A stretch of DNA of 64,000 nt from NCBI RefSeq assembly GCF_963676685.1, contig NC_092349.1, forward strand, positions 40,548,001-40,612,000, given 5' to 3'. This document shows, in pieces, positions 45,061 through 57,103 of the stretch. The position numbers and the translations under genes were made by a program. The notes beneath the pieces were generated by a model. The model had not been told where the DNA came from, did no database searches, and was given only the letters and a program-made list of their open reading frames with translations. Source of the DNA: Mytilus edulis. Lineage: Eukaryota. Each line of letters begins with the position of its first letter. Position 1 is the first letter of the stretch.

Positions 45061-46051
45061 AAAAAATGTAAAACAGTTTTAAATTCTGGTGGGATAGTTC
45101 CAAGAGTTTTACTCTTTGACTGTTTAATTATTTTGATCTGAGCGTCACTGATGATTCTTATGTAGACGAAATGCGCGTCTGGCGTATAACACTCTTGCTT
45201 TTTGACTATTTTGATCTGAGCGTCACTTATGTAGACGAAACGCGCGTCTGGCGTTTAAAATTGTAGTCCTTTCACTTTTGATAACTATTTACTAAAGAAT
45301 AACAGTTATCTCCCTTTGTACATAATGTGAATATATTTTACATGCTTAATGGTTATTCAGTAGTATACATACAAGTGGAAAATATTTTCATTTAAATATA
45401 CAGGCGTTGGAACCCCCCTTTTTTTAGACGATCCGCCCCTGATATATATGTCAAGTCTTAAAGTTCCAGAAAAAATATTATTTCGTGAATAATGGAATGG
45501 ACTGCTGCAACCCGTCAGACCTAATTAAAGAGGAACATTATACACCAAATTAAAGCTTATTGATAGAGGAATACACTGAGAATAAACCATATGTGCAGCA
45601 ATGACCATAAGAGGGGTTACGGAGGACCTAATTACCGAAAAAACCGTGGAAATTAGAAATTGGCCAATTTTGAATAATGGAATGGACTGCTGCAACCCGT
45701 CAGCTCCTAATTAAGCGGGGAACAATTATACAACAAATTAAAGCTAATTGATATACAATGACTGGTGTTAGAAAAATATTTCTCATCACTGCGAAAAATC
45801 TATTCTCAGCAAATGATTGGTTGTAATTTTATTGTGACGAAGGATAAGAGATTCCACCATTGCAACTCGTGTATTACGATATTTTTCCATTCTCAAAAGT
45901 TAAATTTTAATTATTTTAAAAGCTCGGTAAGCATCGCACTTTAAATATCAAAATTTATGAAAATATCGTATTACATTTTTTGCAGTTGTGGACATTCAAA
46001 ATTAGTTTTGAACATTCAACAGTCATTTTAAACTTTTAAGTTTTAACATTT

Positions 46052-46955
46052 GAGCCGCGTCGGATAGAAATCGACCTTATGCAATTCGACGTCAAACTGA
46101 GTAACGTTACGATAAAGTTTCACAAGTTTTCATACAGGTAGTTTCTGACGTTATAAAAAAAAAATTTGTGGGGACATTTCTTGTCGGTAATGTACTAGGT
46201 ACCAATAGAAGCAGAATTGTCACAGTTTATTTGGATAGATTTTTGTTGTAAAACGTTTTCAATTTCAATGAAATTAAATTGTAAAAACTGTTATACATGT
46301 TCATAACATGAGAAACAAAATTATGAAAAATTAAATTGGTATACTTTTAGACGATTCTGTATATTTTAACTCTGTATTTGTGAAATCCAACATAATATAT
46401 GCCTTCACATTTTTTAGTGGGGTTTTATATGAAATCCAAAGACTGGCTTTGCTGAAGGAAAGCACAAACGTACCGGAGTTGCTCAAGACACTTCCAGAAG
46501 TTATTCAGCCAGCAGGGCTGACAGAGGAGAGAATGCGTTATCTGTACGTGCGTCCTTTTGTCCAGTATAATTTCCGTGACGAATGTTGTCCTCGTGCTTC
46601 AGAGGAGTAACATTTCACATGTACTGGTTACAGTCGGATTGAAAACTAGAGAATCGTTTAAGTTTTCATTGTAACAATCTTATAAAATAAATTAAATATT
46701 GCATTCAAATGCATGTTTTCGTGTCTCTCTCTATAACGAGAAAAGGATCGATAAAGAATAAAATTAATGCACGATAACGCTAATTTCACGACGTTGTCGT
46801 GAGATTTTGAAGTTAAATATATGTAGCCGTCACAACTTTGAAATAGCGAAAGAAGAAAGCTAGAGTAAAACGGTTTTTTGTATTCAAAATTAATATGAAC
46901 AAAACTCAAATTGAGATTTTGTTTGCATAAGGTCGATTTCTATCCGACGCGGTTC
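46052..46955 (+). mobile_element. Internally deleted Sola2-like DNA transposon
   Basis: ~33-bp TIRs gagccgcgtcggatagaaatcgaccttatgcaa, 4-bp TSD ATTT, and a remnant GLTEERMRYLY.RPFV...RDECCP resembling a transposase C-terminus. Confidence 0.65.
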
Positions 46956-47129
46956 ATTTATAACATTCGTTTACTAAGGCATAGATTACCTTAGCTGTAA
47001 TTGGCAAACGTTCGTAATTTATTTGGCCTTTTTAACTTGTTTGGATTCGAGCTTCACTGATGGAGTCTTTTGTAGACGAAACGTGCGTCTGACGTATATA
47101 CTAAATTTAATCCTGGTATCTATTTTATT

Positions 47130-50100
47130 TCCAACATTCTATATTAGTTTTTAACACTCGAAACAATGGTTTTCAAAAATCCACAACATGTGTTGTCAAA
47201 ATTCAGTTTTCTACACTCACCAATCGTTTAAAAAAAAATTCAACTTTCAATTTTCAACATTCGTTTCCAACATTCAATATTAGTCAACATCCGATTTTCA
47301 ATTTTCATCAATGGATTTCTTATTGCTTTTAACATTTTTCATTTGTTTTAACATGCTATTTTACACATTCAAAATTGGTTCTCAACACATTCAACATTTG
47401 TTTTCAACAATCAACATGCGATTGATTTTAAACATTAAAAATTGGTTCTCAACCCATTCAACATTTGTTTTCAACATTTAACATCCGTTTTCAACATTCA
47501 ATTTACAACATTCAACATTCGTTTTCAACATTCAATTCGACATTCTAATGCAATTTGGATGTAACAATTTTTTTCATTGGCTAAAAGTTGCCGTCAAATC
47601 CACAGTTGACCAGGCATAACTAAGGAGGGACCCGCCATTTCGAATTGATAAATCAACAAATGTTCGATTACTACTATATAATCGAAAATAAAACTACAGC
47701 TACCTCGAATTCGCCGTTTTAATGTAATTTTATCCGAATTTGAAGCGTACAGGTAATACCTCCAGTTTGTAAGTTTTCATTTGTATGACGTCACGTTTAG
47801 CCATGACGTCTTTGTGCCAAAAATTCATGAAGTTTCGCGGATTTTTTTTTATTTGACAAATTTAGACATTTTTTTCAAGTTTTATCGCATTTTTTCTTTT
47901 TGTAATGCATTAGAATCGGAATAACAGTACTGTAGTGGAAGAGTTGCCACTGTCAATTTTGATTTGACGGTCGCAAATCTCCGTTTTACTGTCTCCGCTA
48001 CGCGTCGCCAGTAAAACTGCATTTGCGACCGTCAAATCTACAATTGACGGTGGCAACTCTTCACCTACAGTACTGTTATTCCTTAATTCAACCTTCGTTT
48101 CCAACCATTTATTTTCAATATTTTTTGCATTCAATTTTCAACTTTCAACATTCGTTTTCAAAATTCAACATTCGTTTTAAAAATTCGATTTTCAATTTTC
48201 AACATTGATTTTTCAACATTTTGGATTATTCCAACATTAAAAATTAGTTTTCAACATTTGTTGTGAACATAATTTAACAATCGATTTTCAATTTTCAACA
48301 ATGACTGACATTCAACATTCGATTTTCAATTTTTGAAATTATTGAACGAATGTTGAATGTTGAAAATTGAATGTTTAAAACAAATGTTGAATGTTGAAAA
48401 TTGAATGTCGAAACGAATGTTGAATTTTAAAAACGAATGTTGAAATATGAAATTTGAATGTTGACGAATGTTGAATGTTGAAAACCAATTTTGAAAGTTA
48501 TAAATCGAATGTTAAAACGAATGTTGAATGTTTAGAACTAATTTTAAATGTTGAATGTTGAAAATGGAATGTTAAAAACTTATTTAGAATTTTAACTTTT
48601 AACATTCAACATTTTTTCGTTTTTCGTTTCCAACATTCTACAATTGATTTTCAAGGGTTTAGATTGTCAAGGATTTAGATTTTTTCAATATTAAACATTT
48701 AAAATAAGTTTTCAACATTCAAAATAAGTTTTTAGCATTTGATTCATAATTTTCAACAAAAGTTTTCACATTCAATATTTGTTTTCAACATTCGAATTTC
48801 ACTTTCAAAATTGTTTTTTAACATTCAACATTCGTCTTCAACATTTAATTTTATCATTCACATTCGTTTTTTAAAATTTAAAATTCGATTCCAACTTTCA
48901 AAATTGGTCTTCAATATTCAAATTTTCAATTTTCAACAATTTTAAGTGTTAACGAATGTAATGTTTTTTAACCCTTGTCTAAAATTGAAAATCGACTGTT
49001 AAAACTAATTTTAAATGTTGGATGGAAACTAAAGTTCAATATTGAAAGCTAATATTGAAAGTTGAAAATTGAATGTTTGAATGAATGTTAAAAATAAATG
49101 TTGAAAATCGAATGTTGAAAACTAATTTTGAATGTTTGAAACTAATTTTGAATGTTTGAAACTAATTTTGAATGTTTGAAACTAATTTTGTATGTTTTGA
49201 AACTGATTTTGAATGTTTGAAACTAATTTTGAATGTTTGAAATTAATTTTAAATTTTGAAAACGAATGTTGAATATTGAAATTTGAAAGTTGAAAACGAA
49301 TGTTGAAAGTTGAAAATTAATTGTTGAAATCGAATGTATTATGTTTAAAGTAATGTTGATAATGTTGAAAATATATGTTAAATTTGAAAACCATTATTAA
49401 AAATTGAGAATTGAATGTTGAAAACTAATTTTTAGTATTAGTTTCAGGTTGAAACGAATGTTTCATGTTAAGAAAATGAATGTTGAAAACAAATGTTGAA
49501 TTTTGAAAACCATTGTTAAAAATTGAAATTCGAATGTTGAAAACTAATTTTAAATGTTGGAAACAAATGTGGAATGTTGAAAACGAATGCTGAAAGTTGA
49601 AAATTAAATGTAAGAAACGAATTGTTGTATTGTTAAAAATTGAAAATCGAATGTTGAAAACTGCTTTTGAATATTGCAAAAAGATTGTTTCTTGATGAAA
49701 AGAAAGTTTCATGTTAATAAAATGAATGCTGAAAATGAATGTTTAATTTTGAAAACCAATTTTGAAATTTGAAAATCGAATATTGATTATCAAATATTGA
49801 AAACTAACGCAGAATGTTGGAATAGAATGTTGAAAACTAATATTCATATATTTGAAATTTTTAAATATTGAAAGTTAAAAATCGAATGTTGAATTTTGAA
49901 AACAAATGTTGAATGATGAAAATTGAATGTTGAAAATGAATGTTGAATGTTGAAAATGAATGTTGAATGTTGAAAACCAATTTTGAAATTTGAAAATCGA
50001 ATATTGAATGTTGAAAATTAAAAGTTAAAAACCAAATTTTGAATTTAAAAATTTAAAAATAAGAAAATCGAATGTTTAAACGAATATTGAATTTGAAAAA

Positions 50101-51045
50101 AGAATGTTGAATGATGAAAACGAATGGTGAATGATGAAAAGGAATGTTGAATGATGAAAACGAATGTTGAATGTTGAAAACCAATTTGAAAATTGAAAAT
50201 CGAATAATCAAACGAATGTTTTCAAATTTTTTTCCCCATTAAAACCGTTGTTGAAAATTGTGAAATCAAAATATTGAAAAGATGTAATTTGAAAACCGTT
50301 GTTGTTTTAAAAGATTTAATTTGAAAACCGTTTTTGAAAACCAATTTGAAAATTGAAAAAATCAATAATCAAACGAATGTTTTCAAATTTTTTTTCTCTC
50401 ATTAAAACCGTTGTTGAAAATTGTGAAATCAAATGTTGAAAAGATGTAATTTAAAAACCGTTGTTGTTTTAAAAAATTTAATTTGAAAACCGTTGTTGAA
50501 AAGATTTAATTTGAAAACCGTTGTTGAAAAGACTTAATTTGAAAACTGTTGTTGAAAATTGTAAAATCAAATGTTAAAAACTTATTTTAAATGTTGGAAA
50601 CTTATTTTGAAAGTTCAAATTATCGGCTAACTAAATTGTGAAATCAAATTTTATAAACTAATTTGAAATGTTGAAAACTTATTTTATAAATGCTGGAAAC
50701 GTATTTTAAATGTTGGAAACTTATTTTGAAAGTTCAAACTATCGGCTACCTAAATTGTGAAATCTCATTTTACGAACTAATTTTAAATGCTGAAAACTTA
50801 TTTCAAAAATGTTGGAAACTGTTAAATGTTGAAAATTGAATGTTTCAGATGAATTTTGAATGTTGAAAACGAAATTTGAATTTTTGAAAACATTGTTTGA
50901 AAACTAAAAATCAAATGTTGAAAACTAATTTTTCAAGGTTTGAAAACTACTTTTCAATGTTGAAAACTACTTTTCAATGTTGAAAACTAATTTTCAATGT
51001 TGAAAACGAATGTTTTATGTTGGAAACGAATGATTAACAACTTTT
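47130..51045. repeat. Degenerate satellite-like array (ttcaacattc / gaatgttgaaaa motifs)
   Basis: Many short degenerate units in alternating orientation blocks, interrupted by a ~540-bp insertion at ~47542-48082. Confidence 0.85.
47918..48082. repeat. Long imperfect hairpin related to the one at 41314
   Basis: ggaataacagtactgtag...ctacagtactgttattcc, with core gtcgcaaat...ctccgctacgcgtcgccag...atttgcgac. Confidence 0.85.
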
Positions 51046-54000
51046 GAAAATATGTAAAAAAAATCCGGTGATCGCAATACGCATGAATGTCCTTAAAATA
51101 AACTATTATCTGATTGTACATGTTAAACACATGCTCAATATTCATGCTTTTTGTTGATTGTTGACAAACAGGGGACAATCGTTAAACATATTTAGGATTG
51201 GAAAATTTAGGATTCTTACAATATTCTTAATTTGAAAATGAAATTTGATAAGTATATTTATAGACATAAACAATCCCATAATGGCAAAGTGAATTATCAT
51301 AGTTTTCAAACCAACAATTATTAGAAAGATCCAAGCAGGTATTGATTACGGGGTTGAAGCATACATTTTATACCTAAAAAAACGCGAACCTGATAGAGCG
51401 CATGGCAACTGGTGTAATTAGTAAATTACATTGAAACTATGGATTCATACTAATACATTCATGTACTTATAAATGATTGTTTTCTCAATTATTGGACTAT
51501 TATTTGTCTATCAATAAAGAGCATCGTCCTCCTCTGTAGTGTATAACCGCAGGACAGATGAGAAAATGGGGACTTAAGACTAGAGGGGGTCTTAATTAGA
51601 ATTGTAATTAAAAAGCTTGACATATGTATTTATTGTTATCTTCATAAAGTCCGTGTAAATCATGAGTGATAAATGCTGTAGAACTAGTAAATAGGCTTTA
51701 ATAATTTTTTTGTTTTTTTTGCTGTACTTTAGTACACAGTTATGTACAAGCACCGTAGCATGACGTACCGATCCCCTCCTTATATTGTTAGACTTTATAG
51801 TGTTGTGCTAGCTCACTCACTTCTATGTTTTTTATGGTCAAATATTTGGACTATTGGAAGCAAGATGCTGCGTTGAATGATCTGAGAAATACGATTATTT
51901 TAGAAATTTAAAGTTTCAGTTACTTATGATTGGACAATATTACATAAATACATGTATTCTAATGATCCAATGACACTTATGTTTCTTTAAGATAATGTAA
52001 TGTTGTTGATTTTAACAAATTTTCGACAGGTAAAATCCCTACGATTTGACTTACGACTGCCTGTTAATAATCGTAAGTTTACGATCAAACTTGCGATAAA
52101 TTTCGACTTACGATTGTTTATGAAACGGTCAAAAACTTACGATTTGACGTACGACCGACGTACGATCTAAGATTGTCGTACGATTCTTTGTGAAACGATA
52201 GCCTGGTCTTTCAAAGTTGAAGAAAATCATAGACTCTGTATATTATGTAAAGGTTGTATAAAAGTTTTCCCCAGAATAATGTCTTCTGTTATACTTTTGC
52301 CTTAGTTTCAGAGACATAAGTCAAAAACTGCATTCCCCCCCCCCCCCCCCCCTGAGTTCTATTTTTAGCCTTGTCTGCCATATTGATTGGCAGGCAGTGT
52401 CTTCTCGGAGGGCTAAGATTGTCACTTTTCCGCTAAAATTGTCAAAATCTCAGGACAAAGTTTGTCGACAAAGGGCAATGGTGAAATCTCCCCTGATCTC
52501 TCACTCTTTCTAATATTATGCAGACATTTAGATAATAAATAGATACAAACGTGACTAAACGGTCTTTCATGTTTACGGAGCGCCCATAGTGCCAGTTAGA
52601 TATTCAAATTATATAGTGAAACCTACCTAAGACAGCTTAAATGACAGGCAGACCTCCCCGTTCTTTCAATGTACATATAATTGGAGTAATTAAAAGACCT
52701 TGTATATTGTTACGATTTAGTAATCGTATTATTAAATTAATGGATATCGTGTTATCCATAGTTTACAGTAGTAATTTTATGAGTCAGCTGTTTTTGTTTA
52801 CGCTTTCGCAACGCTATTTTTTACGATGGAATGTCACCTCGTACAGAATATTCACGGTTGGTTGGCATTGTATTTCAATGATACATGATGCGATACATTT
52901 ACCTTATTTGTTTATTTATTTTCTTAATGTAATAACTTGTGTTTTAGCCGTAATCGTCTAAATACCAGCAGTGCCATAGTTTATTTGTGTATTGGCGGTC
53001 TGCAACACGAGATTGCCTGTGAACATAACAAACGTTTTGGAATGTCACCTCGTACCTCGATCCATTGACCGGAAAATTATCAATAGAAGGTTGACAAAAC
53101 GAACTTTAGAATTATTCTATCGTCTGCAAGAGCAGTCACATTTCTCGTAGCAATAAATATATTTAGTAAACCCAAATCAGAATGTCTGAACCAAAGGCAA
53201 CCATTAGTATGGTACGCAGGTTTTAATTGTTTTAAGAAAAACTTAAACCTTCTAGCACATGGCTATTGTTTGTTTTGCAAAAGTCAACCTTCAACCTACG
53301 GGAAAGTCCCGTCAACCATCGTTCCACTTAATCAACCTTCTATCGATGCAATAATATGAAAGAGGTTTTCTGGAAACCTACTTGTTTTAGGAAATAAGAT
53401 ATATAGATATTTTATTATAAGCCAACCCTTTTAAGTATTTCATACTGTAATGCCGTAGGGCTATGCTTAGTTCTTGTGTACCTTAAACCGTGTGATAAAA
53501 CGATTCGTATAATAGTGGGACTTTGACTGTTTATCATGTTATAGTTTTACCGGTCAAAGTTACACCAATATACAAGAAAGGACTGTTCTATCCAGACAAG
53601 ACTACTAAATACAAGAAGAACCTTTAATATAGCCACAACATTATGTTATCTATATGGCTTTTGGTGAATATAAATGAGAAAGTTGGATATACAATATATA
53701 ATTTATTAATTACGTATATGAAATATTTATAATATATTATGAATAAAAAATGTTTTATTATTGTCAATATATTTCTGGGTAGCTGCCTGCTCCTCTTGCA
53801 CCATGTATTTTTCCGCGGAAAAAATACTCGGAACCTTTATATAGATATGGAAATAACGGACAGTCTTCTTTCTTTAACTGACGGTTGCTATGACGTAGTA
53901 ATATTCTATATTATAACTCTATACAATTTATAAAGTATCTAACTCGATATGTTATTTATTTGTACGATAATAATTTATACTGTTGCCTTAATTCGGACAA

Positions 54001-55461
54001 GTAACTAAATTCCTTTATATTCAGGAATTTTCTATAGGAAATAAATATACATATATTTTTCCTTAAATAATACTTTATTTGTTTTTAGCTGAATTTATAT
54101 TTAAATTCAACTTTTGTACTTCTGAACCTTAATTGTTATGTACGAACACCGTTCACAATTTATTACGTAACTAAGTGTAAGTAAAAGACACCCTTTTTGT
54201 ATATTAAATTAATTTCTCTTTCAGAAATATTCCGTCTATAGAAAAACCTTTCCTTGTTTCTCTTTTAGACAAATAATTAAAACTGCTCTTGCCTTCCGCC
54301 TAGCAGTTCTTTTTATTTTTAGCTTCCGCCTTGAGTCTTGAAACCAGACTGCCTAACACAGTCTGTGCATGATGTTTTATAATAATATTTACGTGCAATA
54401 TCCTCGTGCTTCTCACGAGGTCCCCTATGGTTACCTCAACAACCAATCAGCCAATCAGAAACTGATTTCTACGGGAAACGTCTTACTTCCGTTTCCTACC
54501 TGAACAGACTTTTGTAAATATCTCTTTATTCCGTATTAACATATTCGGGAAATTTGTATAATTATATTCTAGACATGGAGAGGAATTTAAGCATGTCTCG
54601 TTTATTATGATACGAGTTTTCTAAGTGATCAGCCGCATGAAACAGCCATGAATATTGTGCCGTCTAGATTTCGATTGGAACAACGTCAGTTTGTTATCAA
54701 CTCTAGACCGTCCATTTGTATATTCAGCTGTCACCTTCTATTAAAATTGTTATGAAGTTATTCCTAGGATTATGTGTGTTCTATGGACTATTCATTTAAG
54801 CTGGTAAGACTTGTGTACGCCGAGAACGACGATTATTGCATCCAGATTATCTACCTTGTTCTAAACAGTGTTTGTTTACGTCACATTCCAAAGAATTACA
54901 ATGTCATAGATGTGTATAAAATTACAATACACATCTCTAACCGTTATAACGTTTGTAACAAAACCGATGTTACTATGAATTTCTATAACTACAACAATAT
55001 TTATGTATCAAAATACATATTCTTTATCAACTATGAGCATTACGACTCTTTGTGTAAGGAAAATAAATATAAAAACTGTAAACAGCCTGGCTGTTTGTTT
55101 TTCTTTAAGACCTCTACAGGGTCTTGTGCGTACAATAATTTTTCATAGATATTCGGCGTATGGTACATGGTTCCTGGCCGTGACATTACCCCCGTCAACC
55201 TTTGGCATTTGGCCCCCAAATGGTCGTACATTAGATATGTTAGTTTACCATAGTTGAAGTGACATGCGACTATCATGGTGAGGGATTCATTGGAATTCTA
55301 TTTTTACTATGGTTTAGACTCTAGTTTGAATATATAAAAGACAAATACTCAGTAATCTTTTTCTTTACAATTTTTATGTATTTATATAGCATTAATTACC
55401 GACATTCATATATTTATTTTCTCCAATATGATTGTTTGTATCTAAATTTAAAGTGTTCTTT

Positions 55462-56507
55462 TTATAATTGTTCAATCCTTTGGACTACCTGCTTTTTTAG
55501 CTCTTCTAACTGGTAGTATACCTGGCTTCTAACAATATTTCCTCCAGATATCTTCTATCTTTGGGCAGGATACTTCTAGAAAATTCCTCCTTGTTTCTTA
55601 GATAGTTCAGAATCATTTTTATATGTGTAGGGTCCCTATCCAGGAAAAGCGGACTCTCCGGGAGAGTTTCCTGGCATAGGGCCCAAAATAACGACCCTGG
55701 CACGACGGATAGGGTCTCCTTAGACGTTTCGACTTTCGTCCCGCCTACATTCAAAATGACCCTATTCTCCTGTGATCGTCGGACTCTCTTTACGGCTTCC
55801 TTTACCATGTCTGACAAGATCTGGTCTGACGGGCCAGATCTTGTACTAGCTGGAGGGGAAACGCCCCCTGCCTCAGCGTGAATGGAGTCCTCGGACGAGC
55901 TGCTGCTTGATGAAGAGCTTGACGAGCTGGAATTGGACCTAGCTCTAGCTTTTGCGGGCGGTCCTGAATTAGCATCGGCTCCGGGAGACTGGCTGAGTAC
56001 TATTCTGGTGTCGCTACTGGTCTGATTTGTATGGACCGGACTGACTAACCTTGGTACCACCGACTTCACTGAATGGACAGGTTCCTCCCGCCTTCTTCTG
56101 ATTGGCGATCTACTATGTCCTCTGCGTTCAGTATTCCTAATAGGAGAGCGACCCCTACTCGCGGACCCAAATGAACGGATCTTTCTTTTTGGTGGAGTCT
56201 TTCCCTGCCTGGTTTCCACTGTAATGTTCTGTTGGACGTGTTCTTCCTTGAATTTGTTGTACTCGTCTCTAATCTTCAATCCCGTTTCTCCAGTTTGCTT
56301 GTTTATCAAAATCTGGTTTGCATCAACCGTCTCACAAGCTCCATGTTTTGGTGTTCTTTTTTCAAATATCTTCTTGTATACCGTACATTCGAACCCGTAC
56401 GGGCTATGCAACTCCATAATGTGTTTCTCTATCTGCCAACGGAATGCAAAGTCCCTGTCAACACAAATCTTGCAGACCAGCATTTGTTTTTCTTTTGAGG
56501 CGCTCAT
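55462..56507 (-). CDS. C2H2 zinc finger / RS-Ser-rich / KCTD-type BTB-POZ protein carried by the Gypsy
   Basis: CKIC...KHIMELH finger and BTB RVILNVGGTKVETSKETL...FLDRDPTHIKMILNYLR...LLEARY. A late frameshift hides the ending YYQLEELKKQVVQRIEQL* (stop 55462-55464). Confidence 0.8.
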
Positions 56508-57103
56508 CTTAACAGTATGGACGTCAAATCAGCACTGACTTGACGTTATGATCACGTTAAGTATGACGTCACATCTCGGTAAATTACCTTGAACTTGCCC
56601 TCGTCACGTAGCTGATCATGAGTGATATTGATGAAAGAGGAATTGAGGCCACAACAAGGGTACAAAATAACCCCAAAAATACGGATTTGCATTTTACGTT
56701 TGTCGTCCTTCTGTTTTTGTTATACTTTTAATAAATTACCACCAATAACTTTTGATTTTTGGGCTATATGAGTATCACTATAAATAGATCGTAAAACAAT
56801 TTTGTTAGAGTTTATCTTAAAATTTCTCGACTTACAATCAGTGCTTACAATGTTTCGGAATTTACCCGATTTTCATACTATAAATATATCTCTATAACTA
56901 CTCCACATACCACGTATTTAAAAACTATTAGGACTAATTTGTATCATACGTTAACACAAAAAAATAATCTAAATAAACATATCTTTATATATATAATAAC
57001 TATGTACAATAGTGAACCACAACATAAATATGATAACTAACTGCGTTTTGCGCTAACAAAAAGACATTTTGTTTGTCTTTTAGGAATAACATAAATATAG
57101 CGT

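Noticed and set aside
47910-49712. ORFs in the satellite region
   Set aside because: Low-complexity F/N/I/Q translations of the repeat units.
53739-55276. Small ORFs within the long LTR (also 62733-62927)
   Set aside because: No recognisable motifs, AT-rich composition, and the duplication is explained by the LTR pair.
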